Notes: generated by a model from the sequence alone, not told the origin. DNA of 64,000 bases from Candidatus Desulfovibrio kirbyi (GCA_013374015.1 BLLL01000012.1:11712-75711), one strand, 5' to 3'. Counted from the stretch's first letter, positions 18,847 through 29,763 are shown. Program-made: numbers and translations.

Positions 18847-21075
18847 ATGAATACTGATATTTTTTCCCCCACACGCGTGAAGGCTCTTGTGGGCGGAAGA
18901 GAAGTTGTTTTTGAAAGCGGCCGGTTGGCAAATCAGGCTGATGGGGCTGTCTGGATACAGTGTGGCGGCACTGTTGTGCTTGTCACTGTGTGTTCTCAGC
19001 CTCTGGGATCTGACAAGGGATTTTTTCCGCTGACAGTGGAATATTCTGAAAAAATGTACGCGGCCGGCCGCATCCCCGGTAGTTTTTTTCGTCGGGAGAT
19101 AGGGCGTCCTTCAGAACGTGAAACGCTGGTGTCGCGTCTTATTGACCGCCCCATCCGACCGCTTTTTCCCAAGGGACTGCCCGAGGACGTGCAGGTTCTG
19201 GCCAGCGTAATTTCCGCCGACCAGGAAAACGAATCGGACGTGCTAGCCCTGACGGGCGCTTCCGCAACCCTGATGATTTCTTCCCTGCCTTTTGCCGGGC
19301 CTGTGGCCGGCGGGCGCATAGGTCGCCTGAACGGGAAGTTTGTGCTCAACCCTTCCTTTGAGCAGCAGGCGCAGTGTGATCTGAACATTATTTTTGCGGC
19401 CTCACGCGATGCGCTCACAATGGTGGAGGGCGATGCCCATTTTCTTTCGGAAGACGTTATTATTGACGCGCTGGAATGGGGGCGTAAGGAAATTCAGCCT
19501 TTGATCGACGCGCAGGAGCAGTTGCGCGTTTTGTGCGGCAAGGCAAAGATGTCCTTTACCCCGTCCGGGGACAATGCCGCCCTTGTTGAACGCGTTGCGG
19601 AACTGGCGCACGGCGCCGGCATTGAGGACGCCCTGCGCGTGCCCGACAAACTGCCGCGCAAGAACGCCCGCAAGGCTGTCAAGGCCAAGGTTGTGGAAGC
19701 CCTCGCGGCTGATCCCGAATGGGCCGGCAATGAAAACGCTCTGAAAAGCGCTACGGAAATTGTGGGCGATCTGGAAAAAAAGCTGGTGCGGGCGCGCATT
19801 ATCAATGAGGGCACGCGCATTGACGGGCGTGACGCAAAAAGCGTCCGCACCATACAGATTCAGACAGGCGTGCTCCCCAGAGCGCACGGTTCAGCCCTTT
19901 TTCGCAGGGGAGAGACAAAATCCCTTGTAATTACGACTCTTGGCTCTTCAACAGACGAACAGCGCATGGATTCGCTTACAGGCGACGTGACCAAACGCTT
20001 TATGCTACACTATAATTTTCCGCCCTACTGCGTGGGAGAAGTGAAGCCCGTGCGCGTTTCGCGCCGCGAGATAGGCCACGGCGCCTTGGCGGAAAAATCC
20101 CTGCGTCCGGTTTTACCGTCGGATACGGATTTTCCCTTTACCCTGCGCGTTGTGGCGGAAACTATGGAGTCCAACGGCTCCTCTTCCATGGCAGCTGTCT
20201 GCGGCGGTTCTCTTTCCCTGATGGACGCCGGTGTTCCTGTGAGCGCGCCGGTGGCCGGCGTGGCAATGGGCCTTATCAAGGAAGGCGATACGGTTGTGGT
20301 ACTGACGGATATTCTCGGCGATGAAGACGCGCTCGGAGATATGGATTTCAAGATCGCGGGCACGGCTGAAGGCGTGACCGGAGTGCAGATGGATATCAAG
20401 GTGACAGGGCTGACCACGGACATTATGCGGGCTGCCATGCGCCAAGCGCGTGACGCCAGGATGCACATACTGGATGAAATGGCTAGGGCATTGCCCGCGC
20501 CACGCACGGAACTTTCCCGCTATGCGCCACAACATACTGAAATTTTTGTTAATCCTGACATTATCCGCCTGATTATCGGGCCTGGCGGCAAAAATATCAA
20601 GGCCATCACTGCGGCAACCGGCGCTTCTGTGGATATTGAAGATTCCGGGCGGGTTTCCATTTTTGCGCCAACAGCGGAGGCGCTGGAAAAAGCGCGAGAA
20701 ATGGTGTCCTATTATGACCAGCGTCCGGACATCGGCAAAAATTATTCCGCAAAAGTTCGGAAGATACTGGAACTAGGCGTTATTGTTGAAGTATTGCCAA
20801 ATGTTGAGGCGCTTGTGCATGTTTCCCAGTTGGATGTGGGCCGAGTGGAGGCACCGGGCGATGTCGCGCGTCTTGGCGAAGATATGCTTGTGAAAGTGAT
20901 TGAAATCAACGGAGACCGTATCCGCGCCAGCCGTAAGGCTGTGCTGCTTGAAGAGCAGGGAACGCCCTGGAATCCTGAAGACACCGCGCGTCCGCCCCGT
21001 CAGCCTCATTCTGACAGGGTGGAGAGACATGACCGCGGCGGACGCGACAAACGCGGACGTTCTGACCGGCGCTGA
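18847..21075 (+). CDS. pnp: polyribonucleotide nucleotidyltransferase (PNPase)
   Basis: Two RNase PH domains are followed by KH (IIGPGGKNIK) and S1 domains and a basic Arg-rich tail. Confidence 0.95.
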   Translation: MNTDIFSPTRVKALVGGREVVFESGRLANQADGAVWIQCGGTVVLVTVCSQPLGSDKGFFPLTVEYSEKMYAAGRIPGSFFRREIGRPSERETLVSRLIDRPIRPLFPKGLPEDVQVLASVISADQENESDVLALTGASATLMISSLPFAGPVAGGRIGRLNGKFVLNPSFEQQAQCDLNIIFAASRDALTMVEGDAHFLSEDVIIDALEWGRKEIQPLIDAQEQLRVLCGKAKMSFTPSGDNAALVERVAELAHGAGIEDALRVPDKLPRKNARKAVKAKVVEALAADPEWAGNENALKSATEIVGDLEKKLVRARIINEGTRIDGRDAKSVRTIQIQTGVLPRAHGSALFRRGETKSLVITTLGSSTDEQRMDSLTGDVTKRFMLHYNFPPYCVGEVKPVRVSRREIGHGALAEKSLRPVLPSDTDFPFTLRVVAETMESNGSSSMAAVCGGSLSLMDAGVPVSAPVAGVAMGLIKEGDTVVVLTDILGDEDALGDMDFKIAGTAEGVTGVQMDIKVTGLTTDIMRAAMRQARDARMHILDEMARALPAPRTELSRYAPQHTEIFVNPDIIRLIIGPGGKNIKAITAATGASVDIEDSGRVSIFAPTAEALEKAREMVSYYDQRPDIGKNYSAKVRKILELGVIVEVLPNVEALVHVSQLDVGRVEAPGDVARLGEDMLVKVIEINGDRIRASRKAVLLEEQGTPWNPEDTARPPRQPHSDRVERHDRGGRDKRGRSDRR

Positions 21076-21225
21076 ATGGAGTTACCCTTGCCCGTAAAAT
21101 TGGAAAAAACATCGGCTCTCAGCCCTGAAAAAATTGAAGCAGCGCTCAGAGGTGGACGCCTATCTGTGTTGCAGGGGCGGATTATTGATTTTGAAAAAAA
21201 CGACTGAATTATATGTTGTTCAAGG

Positions 21226-21873
21226 TTATTGCAGCATCCTGCCTCTGGCTCCCATACCCTTTGGAGATTCCCCACGGGCTTTGACGCTGACAACCGCACT
21301 CAGTTCGTCGGCAAGCACGTTCAGAACACTTTGGGGCACACCTTCGGCAAGGGCAACCTCACGCCGCGCCAGCAGGCCAAGACGCATCCGGCTACTGGTA
21401 ACAGCGCTACGACCGGCAATATTTTTTAGATTTTGCCGCCTAGAAACAGGCACGCGCCGCTGCACCAAAAGAACATCGGCAAGGAGACCTGTCGCGCCAA
21501 CGCCTGAAAGCGTTGCGGACGCGCCATAACCGGCATTGACAAGCGTACGCAGGGTTTCAGAATTTGTCACGCCAACAGCCAGCGCCGTCACCTGCACCAC
21601 ATAACCGGCCTGGCCCGGTGCGTCAGACACCGTAAAACCATCGGCCCGCACCGCCGCCTCCACATGAGAACGCAGAGCGGAAAAACGATTGGTTTTGTCA
21701 TGCACAAGCACATACACAACCTCGGCAACATCCATCGTGTTTGCGCTGCCGGCAATCTCCCCCGCCCTCAGCACCTCCACATCCCCAAACCCCGATGGCT
21801 GACGAATGCAGGCGCAAAGAAACAGCGCGCCCACAAGCAAACTCACAACAAGAAGACAGCGCGCTACGGTCAT
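21226..21873 (-). CDS. TraT-like outer-membrane lipoprotein
   Basis: Has the lipobox LFLCAC. The overall layout resembles TraT: V.VLV.D.T, AVRADGFTV..AP.QAGYVVQ, a GYG-rich central region and a C-terminal VLNVLADELS segment. This is a by-eye similarity only. Confidence 0.45.
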   Translation of the reverse strand: MTVARCLLVVSLLVGALFLCACIRQPSGFGDVEVLRAGEIAGSANTMDVAEVVYVLVHDKTNRFSALRSHVEAAVRADGFTVSDAPGQAGYVVQVTALAVGVTNSETLRTLVNAGYGASATLSGVGATGLLADVLLVQRRVPVSRRQNLKNIAGRSAVTSSRMRLGLLARREVALAEGVPQSVLNVLADELSAVVSVKARGESPKGMGARGRMLQ

Positions 21874-22017
21874 GTCACTCCTTACGATTAGACAAAGTCA
21901 AACGGCACCTTTCTGGTACATCAAAAAAAGGCACATGTCCAGACAGAGCGGCAAAAGAGAGACTCTCTTGCGCACTACCCATCTGAACAATCCAGTAAGT
22001 GAAAACTCTCAAATTTT

Positions 22018-22578
22018 TTATTGTCCGCCCTGGGGATACCCCGTGCGTTGCGGTATGATCAAAAAATTCGTCACAGACGTTACGCCGGCGACTTCCTGTG
22101 CCGCATGTTCCGCGAGATGTTTTTCCGCATCGTCCTTGACAACTCCCAGCAGCACAACGCGACCGGCATTGACTTCCGTGTCGATGCGCGTTGAAGAAAG
22201 CCCCTTTGTGCCGATCAGGGCGGCGCGCAGCTTTGCGGCAAGCGCCACGTTGCCGGTATCGCTTGTCGCCGGATAAAACCAGTGTGACGTGACGCTGAGA
22301 GGTTTATGGCGTTCAGCAATGGTCGATATCTTGTTTTGCATGTCTGTCGGCACTTCTCCTATCAAAAAAATGTTGTGGTAATAGGAATATACGGCGACAG
22401 ACCAACCGACGCCGAGATTTTCCCCGGCTATGTCGACTTTGATTTTGGAAGCCAGAGCCTTGTCAGAAGCCATGGTGTCTGTAAGACGCTGGTCGTCATA
22501 GATGCCATAGGGATTAACGGCGCAGCCTGGCAGGGCGAGAAGCGTCAAAACAAGTGCAAGAAGCATCAGTTGCCGCAT
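22018..22578 (-). CDS. BON-domain lipoprotein (OsmY/DolP-like)
   Basis: Has the lipobox LALPGC and two BON-like repeats, including IDTEVNAGRVVLLGVVKD...VAGVTSVTN. Confidence 0.7.
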   Translation of the reverse strand: MRQLMLLALVLTLLALPGCAVNPYGIYDDQRLTDTMASDKALASKIKVDIAGENLGVGWSVAVYSYYHNIFLIGEVPTDMQNKISTIAERHKPLSVTSHWFYPATSDTGNVALAAKLRAALIGTKGLSSTRIDTEVNAGRVVLLGVVKDDAEKHLAEHAAQEVAGVTSVTNFLIIPQRTGYPQGGQ

Positions 22579-22587
22579 GGCAGCCTC

Positions 22588-23838
22588 CTATTCTTTTTCA
22601 CGGCGTATGCGTGCTCCAACCGTGTTCAGTTTGTTTTCAATGTGTTCGTAGCCACGGTCAAGATGATAAATGCGGCGTACCGCTGTTGTGCCGCGCGCGG
22701 CCAAGCCTGCCAGCACAAGGCCAGCGCTTGCCCTGAGGTCGGAGGCCATAACGGGCGCGCCGGTAAGGCGTTTGACCCCGCGCACCATGGCGGTGCGGCC
22801 GGAAATTTTTATTTGCGCTCCTAGGCGCATAAGTTCCAGCACATGCATAAAACGATTTTCAAAAATGCTTTCCTGAACAATGCTTGCGCCTTCGGCAAGG
22901 CACATCATGCTCATAATCTGCGCCTGCATGTCTGTGGGAAAGCCCGGGTAGGGTTGCGTGGTGATATCCACGCCGTGCAACGGGCGGGCACACTTTGCCA
23001 AAACGCCGTCCGCAGTGGCGGTGATTTCCATCCCCATCTCCTGTAGTTTGAGCGTCACGGCTTCCAGTTCGGCAAACGGGCAGTTGCGCAGCAGCAGTTC
23101 GCCGTGCGTAATACCGGCTGCCGCCAGAAATGTCGCGGCTTCAATACGGTCGGGCATAACCGTGAATTCGGTTCCGTGCAGACTGTTTACGCCCGTAATG
23201 CGGATGCAGCTTGTGCCGTGGCCATCAATATGCGCGCCGCAGGACATCAGGAAATTTGCCAGTTCAACAATTTCAGGTTCACGCGCCGCGTTTTCCAGAA
23301 CAGTCTCTCCATCGGCCAATACGGCGGCCATGAGCAAATTTTCCGTGCCGCCGACAGTGGGGAGGTCAAAGGTAATGTGCGCACCCCTGAGCTTGCGGCA
23401 ACGCCCGATGATGTAGCCTTCTTCGAGTTCAAAATGAGCGCCCATCTGCTCAAAACCCTTGAGATGCTGATCTACCGGGCGCGCGCCGATGGAACAGCCG
23501 CCGGGCAGCGCCACCCGCGCCTGCCCTATGCGCACGAGCAACGGCCCCAGGCACAGCACCGATGCCCGCATGGTGCGCACAAGATCGTAGGGCGCTTTCG
23601 GGTGAAGGGCATTTGGCGAAATACGCACTTTGCGGTTTTCATACCCACAGTCACAGCCAAGCAACAACAGAAGGGCGATGGTTGTGCGAATGTCGCGCAA
23701 ATCCGGCACATTGTTGATAGTCACGGGTTCTGTCAGAAGAATGGAGGCAAACAAAATAGGCAGGGCTGCGTTTTTTGAGCCGCTGACTTCAATACTTCCC
23801 GTAAGCGGCACGCCGCCTTCAACGATCAGCTTGTCCAT
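22588..23838 (-). CDS. murA: UDP-N-acetylglucosamine 1-carboxyvinyltransferase
   Basis: [27 protein letters not shown] and the [16 protein letters not shown] active-site Cys loop match MurA. Confidence 0.95.
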   Translation of the reverse strand: MDKLIVEGGVPLTGSIEVSGSKNAALPILFASILLTEPVTINNVPDLRDIRTTIALLLLLGCDCGYENRKVRISPNALHPKAPYDLVRTMRASVLCLGPLLVRIGQARVALPGGCSIGARPVDQHLKGFEQMGAHFELEEGYIIGRCRKLRGAHITFDLPTVGGTENLLMAAVLADGETVLENAAREPEIVELANFLMSCGAHIDGHGTSCIRITGVNSLHGTEFTVMPDRIEAATFLAAAGITHGELLLRNCPFAELEAVTLKLQEMGMEITATADGVLAKCARPLHGVDITTQPYPGFPTDMQAQIMSMMCLAEGASIVQESIFENRFMHVLELMRLGAQIKISGRTAMVRGVKRLTGAPVMASDLRASAGLVLAGLAARGTTAVRRIYHLDRGYEHIENKLNTVGARIRREKE

Positions 23839-23940
23839 GCTTTTCCCGGATATTTTGTTTTCTCAAGCGTAAAATGTCATAATAGAAAATTTGCTTGCGC
23901 TGTGACCATGTCAAGTGTATAAAATTTTTTTGCGAAGAAC

Positions 23941-24017
23941 GGCGGAAGTAGCTCAGTTGGCAGAGCATCTGGTTGTGGCCCAGGTGGTCGTGGGTTCAAT
24001 TCCCATCTTTCGCCCCA
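23941..24017 (+). tRNA. tRNA-His (GTG)
   Basis: A manual cloverleaf fold gives an 8-bp acceptor stem with G-1, anticodon loop TTGTGGC, a TTCAATT T-loop and an encoded CCA. Confidence 0.9.
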
Positions 24018-24045
24018 TTTTTCTGTCGCGGATTCTGCCAACACG

Positions 24046-24122
24046 CGGAGCGTGGCGCAGCTTGGTAGCGCACCTGCTTTGGGAGCAGGGGGTCGAAGGT
24101 TCAAATCCTTTCGCTCCGACCA
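24046..24122 (+). tRNA. tRNA-Pro (TGG)
   Basis: The acceptor stem is CGGAGCG/CGCTCCG, the anticodon loop is TTTGGGA, the T-loop is TTCAAAT and CCA is encoded. Confidence 0.9.
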
Positions 24123-24171
24123 GTTTCACGGCGTTGTACTTTACCATGTGCAAAACAATCTCCTTTTCGGA

Positions 24172-26262
24172 TTATGCCTGAAGCACGGCAAAATCAGCCA
24201 GACGTTCAAAGCGGGCGCGGAGCGCATTGAGCATGCCAAGGCGGTTGCGCCGCACTTCATCGTCCTCGCACAGCACCATAACACAGTCAAAAAACGCATC
24301 TACCACCGGCCGCAGCGTGTGCAGAATATGCAGGGCTGCGCCGTGGTCTTCGTCCGTCCACAGGGCGTCAAGCCGGGGAAGTATGGTATGGAGGGTCGCC
24401 GCAAGCGCTTTTTCCGACTCCTCCCGCAAGAGCGCATCATCCCAGACAGCAGGAGAGGCGTCAACGCCGCCGGAGACAGGCTGTTTGCGCAGAATATTTG
24501 CCACGCGTTTGAAGGTCTGTACGGCTTGCGCGTACTCCGGCTCGCGGCTGAAAGCGGCAAGCGCCGACAGACGCGCCCTACAGTTGCTCAGCCGGTTTGC
24601 GCCCACGCCGAGAGCCGCGTCCACAACCGGCGTGTCAAAGCCCTGATTCTGAAAATACGCGCGCAATCGCACAAACAGAAATTCCGTCAGTTTGTCCGCC
24701 AAGGCGTCTGTTGTTCCCTGCTGTTGACATCCCTGTCCGGCGTAAAGCGTGAGGGCAACAGTAAAGATTTCCCGTATATCAAGGGAAAAATTAAAATCCA
24801 GTGCAATACGGATGATGCCCAAGGCGCAACGGCGCAAGCCGTTGGGATCTGCCGCGCCTGTGGGAATCATGCCAAGCCCGAAACATCCCGCCAGTGTGTC
24901 GGCCTTGTCAGCCAGAGAAAGTAGAGCGCCTGCCGGAGTTTTGGGCAGAGGAGAATCTGGCCCCGCCGGCAGATACTGTTCCCGCAACGCATCGGCAACC
25001 ACATCGGTTTCGCCCTTTCGGGCAGCGTAGATGCCGCCCATAATACCCTGTAACACATCAAATTCCCCAACAAGACCGGTGACAAGATCAGCCTTTGAAA
25101 GACGTCCTGCCCGCGCCGCCTCATGGGCTATATCCGGCGCGCATTCTTCGGCCAGATGCCGGCAAAGCGCTTCAAGGCGGCGGGTTTTGTCGCCCATAGT
25201 GCCAAGATTGCGTACAAAAACAACCTGATCCAGTTTTGCACACCACTGTTCAAAATTTTCGCGCAGATCAGCGCGCCAAAAGAATCTGGCATCTTCCAGA
25301 CGGGCGCGGAGAACACGCTCCCAACCGCGCCTGACAAGCGTCATGTCTTCGGGGCATATGTTGAGCACAGCCAGAAAATGTGGCAGCAGCCTAGAATCCG
25401 CCCCTTCAATTCCAAAACATTTCTGGTGATGTTCCATGCTTGTCAAAAGCACCTGGCGCGGCAGTTCCAGATAGACGGGGTCGAAGTCCGCCAGCAGGGG
25501 CACGGGGCGTTCCGTCAGTCCCTGTACCTCGTCAAGCAGACTGTCCTTCCAGATCACCCTTCCGTCAAGCGCCGTAGCCAAGGCGTTGCCCTTTTCCAGA
25601 ATTATTTTGCGGCGTTCAGTCTTGTCAGGGACAATTCCGCCCTGAGTGGAAACTGCGGCAAACCAGTCTTTGGCGTGGCGCACTGAAAAAGGGCCGTTGC
25701 CATGCACGCGGTGGCCGTAGGTTTCACGCCCCGCAGTCAACGGGCCGATGGTAAACATCGGCACTTCATCGTCCAGCAGCGCCAGTATCCAGCGCAGGGG
25801 ACGCGCGTAGGCCAAGCTATGTGTTCCCCAGCGCATGCGTTTGGCAAAGGGCAGGGATATAATGACAGCGGGACAGATCTGCGCCAGCATGTCTTTGGCG
25901 GTCGCGCCGCCGGCGCGTTTTTTCACCGCCACATAGTCGCCTTTTTCTGTGTGCGTCACAAAGGCGTCTTCAACCGTAAGCCCATGTGTTCTCACAAAAC
26001 CTTCCAGAGCTTTTGTAGGAGCGGCGTTGCTGTAGGCAACGCGTACCGGCGGACCGGTGACGGTCTCTTCTGTTTCCTGTTGCGTGGGGCTGACATTTTC
26101 GATCAGCACGACAGCGCGGCGCGGCGTGCTCATGACACGCACCTCTCCGTGCTCAAGACTGTCCAACGCCTCTGTAAAACGCGCCTTCAGTTCAGCTTCT
26201 TCAGCGTTCAGAAAGCGGGCGGGCAGCTCTTCACTGCCGATTTCAAGCACAAAGGTCGCCAT
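24172..26262 (-). CDS. glyS: glycyl-tRNA synthetase beta subunit
   Basis: MATFVLEIGSEELPARF is the typical GlyS N-terminus. The protein is 696 aa and lies immediately downstream of glyQ. Confidence 0.95.
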   Translation of the reverse strand: MATFVLEIGSEELPARFLNAEEAELKARFTEALDSLEHGEVRVMSTPRRAVVLIENVSPTQQETEETVTGPPVRVAYSNAAPTKALEGFVRTHGLTVEDAFVTHTEKGDYVAVKKRAGGATAKDMLAQICPAVIISLPFAKRMRWGTHSLAYARPLRWILALLDDEVPMFTIGPLTAGRETYGHRVHGNGPFSVRHAKDWFAAVSTQGGIVPDKTERRKIILEKGNALATALDGRVIWKDSLLDEVQGLTERPVPLLADFDPVYLELPRQVLLTSMEHHQKCFGIEGADSRLLPHFLAVLNICPEDMTLVRRGWERVLRARLEDARFFWRADLRENFEQWCAKLDQVVFVRNLGTMGDKTRRLEALCRHLAEECAPDIAHEAARAGRLSKADLVTGLVGEFDVLQGIMGGIYAARKGETDVVADALREQYLPAGPDSPLPKTPAGALLSLADKADTLAGCFGLGMIPTGAADPNGLRRCALGIIRIALDFNFSLDIREIFTVALTLYAGQGCQQQGTTDALADKLTEFLFVRLRAYFQNQGFDTPVVDAALGVGANRLSNCRARLSALAAFSREPEYAQAVQTFKRVANILRKQPVSGGVDASPAVWDDALLREESEKALAATLHTILPRLDALWTDEDHGAALHILHTLRPVVDAFFDCVMVLCEDDEVRRNRLGMLNALRARFERLADFAVLQA

Positions 26263-26264
26263 AG

Positions 26265-27149
26265 TTACCTCAACATCGGCGTTTCTGTGAGTAACGGATA
26301 CCCCAAGTCCTCACGCTGTGTCGCGTACAGTCCGGCAACGCCGGCTGCCAGCGCGCGCACCCTGCCGATCAGGGCGGCGCGTTCTGTAATTGAAATGGCG
26401 CCCCGCGCGTCCAGAAGATTAAAGGAATGCGAGCATTTAAGGCAATAATCATAGGCCGGCCAAGGCAGATTCCGCGCGAGCAGCGCCTTGCACTGGGCTT
26501 CAAAATCACCAAAATGGCGAAACAGCATGGCGGAGTCGCTTGCTTCAAAATTATGTTGTGACTGTTCCACCTCATTCTGATGGTAGATATGCCCATAGGT
26601 CACGCGCGTATTCCAACGCAGATCATAGACTGATTCAACGACCTGGAGGTACATGGCAAGACGTTCCAGACCGTAGGTCAGTTCCACGCTGACCGGTGAC
26701 AGATCCAGACCGCCCACTTGCTGAAAATACGTAAACTGGCTTATTTCCATGCCGTTCAGCCAGACTTCCCAGCCAAGCCCCCAAGCCCCCAGTGTCGGCG
26801 ATTCCCAGTCATCTTCCACAAAACGTATGTCGTGCCGCGCCGCGTTGATGCCAAGCGCGTTCAAACTTTCCAAGTAGAGTTCCTGCACAGTGTCCGGCGA
26901 AGGCTTCAGAATTACCTGAAACTGGAAATAGCGTTGCAAGCGGTTGGGATTTTCTCCGTACCGGCCGTCAGCGGGGCGTCGCGAAGGTTCCACGTAAGCG
27001 ACATTCCAAGGTTCGGGCCCAATAACCCGTAAAAATGTGCTCGGATTAAACGTGCCCGCGCCGCATTCCACACCGGAGGGCTGCTCTATGACGCACCCCC
27101 GACTACTCCAGAAATTTTGCAGCGTAAGAATAACATCTTGGAAATACAT
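26265..27149 (-). CDS. glyQ: glycyl-tRNA synthetase alpha subunit
   Basis: [19 protein letters not shown] and the highly conserved GlyQ core are present, in 294 aa. Confidence 0.95.
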   Translation of the reverse strand: MYFQDVILTLQNFWSSRGCVIEQPSGVECGAGTFNPSTFLRVIGPEPWNVAYVEPSRRPADGRYGENPNRLQRYFQFQVILKPSPDTVQELYLESLNALGINAARHDIRFVEDDWESPTLGAWGLGWEVWLNGMEISQFTYFQQVGGLDLSPVSVELTYGLERLAMYLQVVESVYDLRWNTRVTYGHIYHQNEVEQSQHNFEASDSAMLFRHFGDFEAQCKALLARNLPWPAYDYCLKCSHSFNLLDARGAISITERAALIGRVRALAAGVAGLYATQREDLGYPLLTETPMLR

Positions 27150-27170
27150 TATATTGTCCTTGAAATATCA

Positions 27171-27920
27171 TCAAACACGGCGGAAACAGCCGTTTTGCCA
27201 GGCGACCCCCAGATGGTACTGCACAAAGCCGTCAATAGCTTTTGCGCAGCAACGCCGCTCTGTCGCGGCGGGTTCTTCTGTCAGCCAGGCGGAGGGGAGG
27301 ACGCGCTGAACATGACGCAGCAATGCAAGTCCGCCGCCGGAAATTTCCACGCCGTAACGCGTCGGGTGTTCAAACTTGCAGCGTGTACACCGTATCTGAC
27401 CTTCATCTACAGCAAAAAGTGCCCTGTTTGTTACGTTGTCGCCGCAGACGGCGCAGCTTGTCAGACGTGGTGCAAAACCCAGCGCGCCGGCCAAACGCAG
27501 GCGAAAAAAAAGAGGAAACAACGACGGCAGATACAGGCTGTTTTCCAGCGTATGACGCAGATTTTCCACAATGGCAAAGGCTTCTGCCGCGCCATCGCCG
27601 CTGATGTCAAACGCTTCAACAAAACGCAGACAATTGGCGGCCAATGCCATGCGTTGCCAGTTTTTGCGCAGCGCTTGGGGCGTGGTCAATAAAACGGCCT
27701 CCTGCAGATTGAAAAAACGCCCATTTTTTGCGGCCTTGACTTGGCACAGCAAGGTGTTCAACACATCAAGACATCCGCAGAATCGCCGCTTGCTACGGCT
27801 TGCGCCAAAGGCAAAGAGCGTTAAAAGACCCCGTTTCCGGCAAAGCAGCTTCAGCCAGACATCCGCCTCACGAAAACGCCCCATGCGTACCACCATCGCA
27901 TGATCCGCCCATTCTGTCAT
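27171..27920 (-). CDS. recO: DNA repair protein RecO
   Basis: Has an OB-fold N-terminus, a Cys4 zinc motif CAVCG...CTRC and typical length. Its ATG overlaps the upstream stop (ATGA). Confidence 0.8.
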   Translation of the reverse strand: MTEWADHAMVVRMGRFREADVWLKLLCRKRGLLTLFAFGASRSKRRFCGCLDVLNTLLCQVKAAKNGRFFNLQEAVLLTTPQALRKNWQRMALAANCLRFVEAFDISGDGAAEAFAIVENLRHTLENSLYLPSLFPLFFRLRLAGALGFAPRLTSCAVCGDNVTNRALFAVDEGQIRCTRCKFEHPTRYGVEISGGGLALLRHVQRVLPSAWLTEEPAATERRCCAKAIDGFVQYHLGVAWQNGCFRRV

Positions 27921-28795
27921 TGACTTGCCGCCGGAGGAAACGTCAGGGTTTTCACTTGGCCGGATTGGCCGATGACCGGCAAATCTTCGCCGTCGTAGTG
28001 TACACGCACACCGCCGGCGTTACCCAGTTTGAGTTTCAGTTTCGTTGTGAATGTCAGGGCAAAGGTTTCGCCCTTATAGAGTGAAAATTGCCGTGTTTCC
28101 GTAGTATCGGCATTGGAATGTATCCAGCATTCTTCTATGGCGGTAATGATTATTTTGTGGGGCGCGGCGGGGGATGTCTGTCTGGTATCCGATGTTGCGC
28201 CCAAGGCAGTTTCCTGTGGGGCTGTCGCGGTTGGATGGGGACGTTCCTGCTCCGTCTCAGGCGGCTGCGTTGGCGGGGACGAAACCGGAGAGTGCACAGA
28301 CGAAGTATTTTGTGGAGCGTCGGCTGAATCTGCAGATGACCGGGCAGGGATATGCTGGGGCGGTGCAACAGACGGAGCGATGGGCGGCGCGGGATCGACC
28401 AGCCGTTTCGGCGTATTGTCCGGCATGAAGTGTTGCTGGGCCATGTATCCTCCAGCAAAGAGCAGGACTGCGGCAGACAGCGGCAACAGCCATTTGACGC
28501 CGTCGCGCTGGGGAAAATCCGCCGCATAGACAGAATGGGCGGCTTCAGCCTTGTTTTCATTGTCCAAGAATGTCATCGCATCATTGACCTCGCCCGCGTC
28601 AAGCCCAAGAAAGGAAGCATAATCGCGTATAAATCCCTTGGCATATGTTTTGTGGGGCAGGGAAGATGCGTCCCCTTCCTCCAGTGCGCACAGAAGGCTG
28701 GTGCCGATTTTCAGGCGTTCGGCAATATCTTCAATGCTGAGGTTGCGTTTTTTGCGTTCGGCGCGTAAGGCCGCGCCCAGTTCCTCAAATGTCAT
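27917..28795 (-). CDS. RodZ-like HTH membrane protein
   Basis: An XRE-type HTH (LRAERKKRNLSIEDIAERLKIG) is followed by a TM helix, a Pro/Ser/Thr-rich linker and a DUF4115-like C-terminus. Confidence 0.7.
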   Translation of the reverse strand: MTFEELGAALRAERKKRNLSIEDIAERLKIGTSLLCALEEGDASSLPHKTYAKGFIRDYASFLGLDAGEVNDAMTFLDNENKAEAAHSVYAADFPQRDGVKWLLPLSAAVLLFAGGYMAQQHFMPDNTPKRLVDPAPPIAPSVAPPQHIPARSSADSADAPQNTSSVHSPVSSPPTQPPETEQERPHPTATAPQETALGATSDTRQTSPAAPHKIIITAIEECWIHSNADTTETRQFSLYKGETFALTFTTKLKLKLGNAGGVRVHYDGEDLPVIGQSGQVKTLTFPPAASQ

Positions 28796-28812
28796 GCGCT
28801 GCCTTTATCATG

Positions 28813-29763
28813 TTACAGCCTTACATCAATGACGGCTTTTTTGCGCAGTTGCGCCGTGTATTCCTCAAAACGCTCCATGGCCTTTGGCTGACGCAAAATG
28901 CCGTCAATGATTGGCGTCGCTTCTTCCAGCGTGAGATATTTTATCGTATCGCCGTCGCCCGGGCGAAACAGGCGCACTTGCGCCTTCAGCCCCCGCCCCC
29001 CCTGCATGTCAAAGAGTTCTGTCACTTCACCGGGTTTCATCTTTGTCAATCGCCCTTCCCATTCGGGATTCAGCCGGTCCCATTCCACCGGCCCCATGTC
29101 GCCGCCTTTGTCTTTATTCGGAGCAACGGAATACTTGCGCGTCGCCTCAGCAAAACTCAGGGAACCGTCCCTGATTTTTGCCGCCAAGGCGCGGGCGTCG
29201 ACATTCGGCGCGTAGACAAGCAGCCCCATGTGCAGGCCGTTGCGATCATACAGATTGTTTTTATTCGTTTCGTAGTAGTGTTTGATCTCCTCCGGCGTCA
29301 CCACGACACGACGCCCCACCTCCATGCTCATCACTTTCTGGCGCAGCAGGGAGCGTTGAAAATTTGCCCGCAGTTCCGCCACAGGGACATTTTCTTTGGC
29401 AAGCTGCGCTTCAAACTGTTCTTTTGTCATTCCCTGCGCCCGCATCCTCTGCGCCAGTTCCTTGTCCACATCCGAAGGCGTAATGGCGACCTTGAGGCGC
29501 ACTGCTTCCTGCGCAATGAGAATATCCAGAATCATCATATCCAGCGCTTTGCGCAGTATTTTGTTTATGGCGTCGGCCTGCGCGGGATTATTGGAGTTGC
29601 TGATACCAGCGCGCACCAAATCCGGCAGCGCCGTTTTTTGCAGATCAAACATGGTGATCACCTGTCCGTTTGCCACCGCCGCTATTTTGTTGATCTGCGC
29701 TGTCTGTGCATCGGCGCTCAGACAAAGCAAAAAAATTGCCGTTACATAACACAGTTTCTTCAC
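28813..29763 (-). CDS. SurA-like periplasmic chaperone with parvulin PPIase domain
   Basis: Has a signal peptide and the parvulin motifs FAEATRKYS...GGDMGPV...KPGEV. I propose start GTG 29763 behind GGAGAG. Confidence 0.75.
   Translation of the reverse strand: MKKLCYVTAIFLLCLSADAQTAQINKIAAVANGQVITMFDLQKTALPDLVRAGISNSNNPAQADAINKILRKALDMMILDILIAQEAVRLKVAITPSDVDKELAQRMRAQGMTKEQFEAQLAKENVPVAELRANFQRSLLRQKVMSMEVGRRVVVTPEEIKHYYETNKNNLYDRNGLHMGLLVYAPNVDARALAAKIRDGSLSFAEATRKYSVAPNKDKGGDMGPVEWDRLNPEWEGRLTKMKPGEVTELFDMQGGRGLKAQVRLFRPGDGDTIKYLTLEEATPIIDGILRQPKAMERFEEYTAQLRKKAVIDVRL

Noticed and set aside
21999-22012. A 14-nt identity GTGAAAACTCTCAA shared with 51830-51843.
   Set aside because: Several exact 14-mer coincidences are expected by chance in 64 kb, and there is no extended similarity around either copy.
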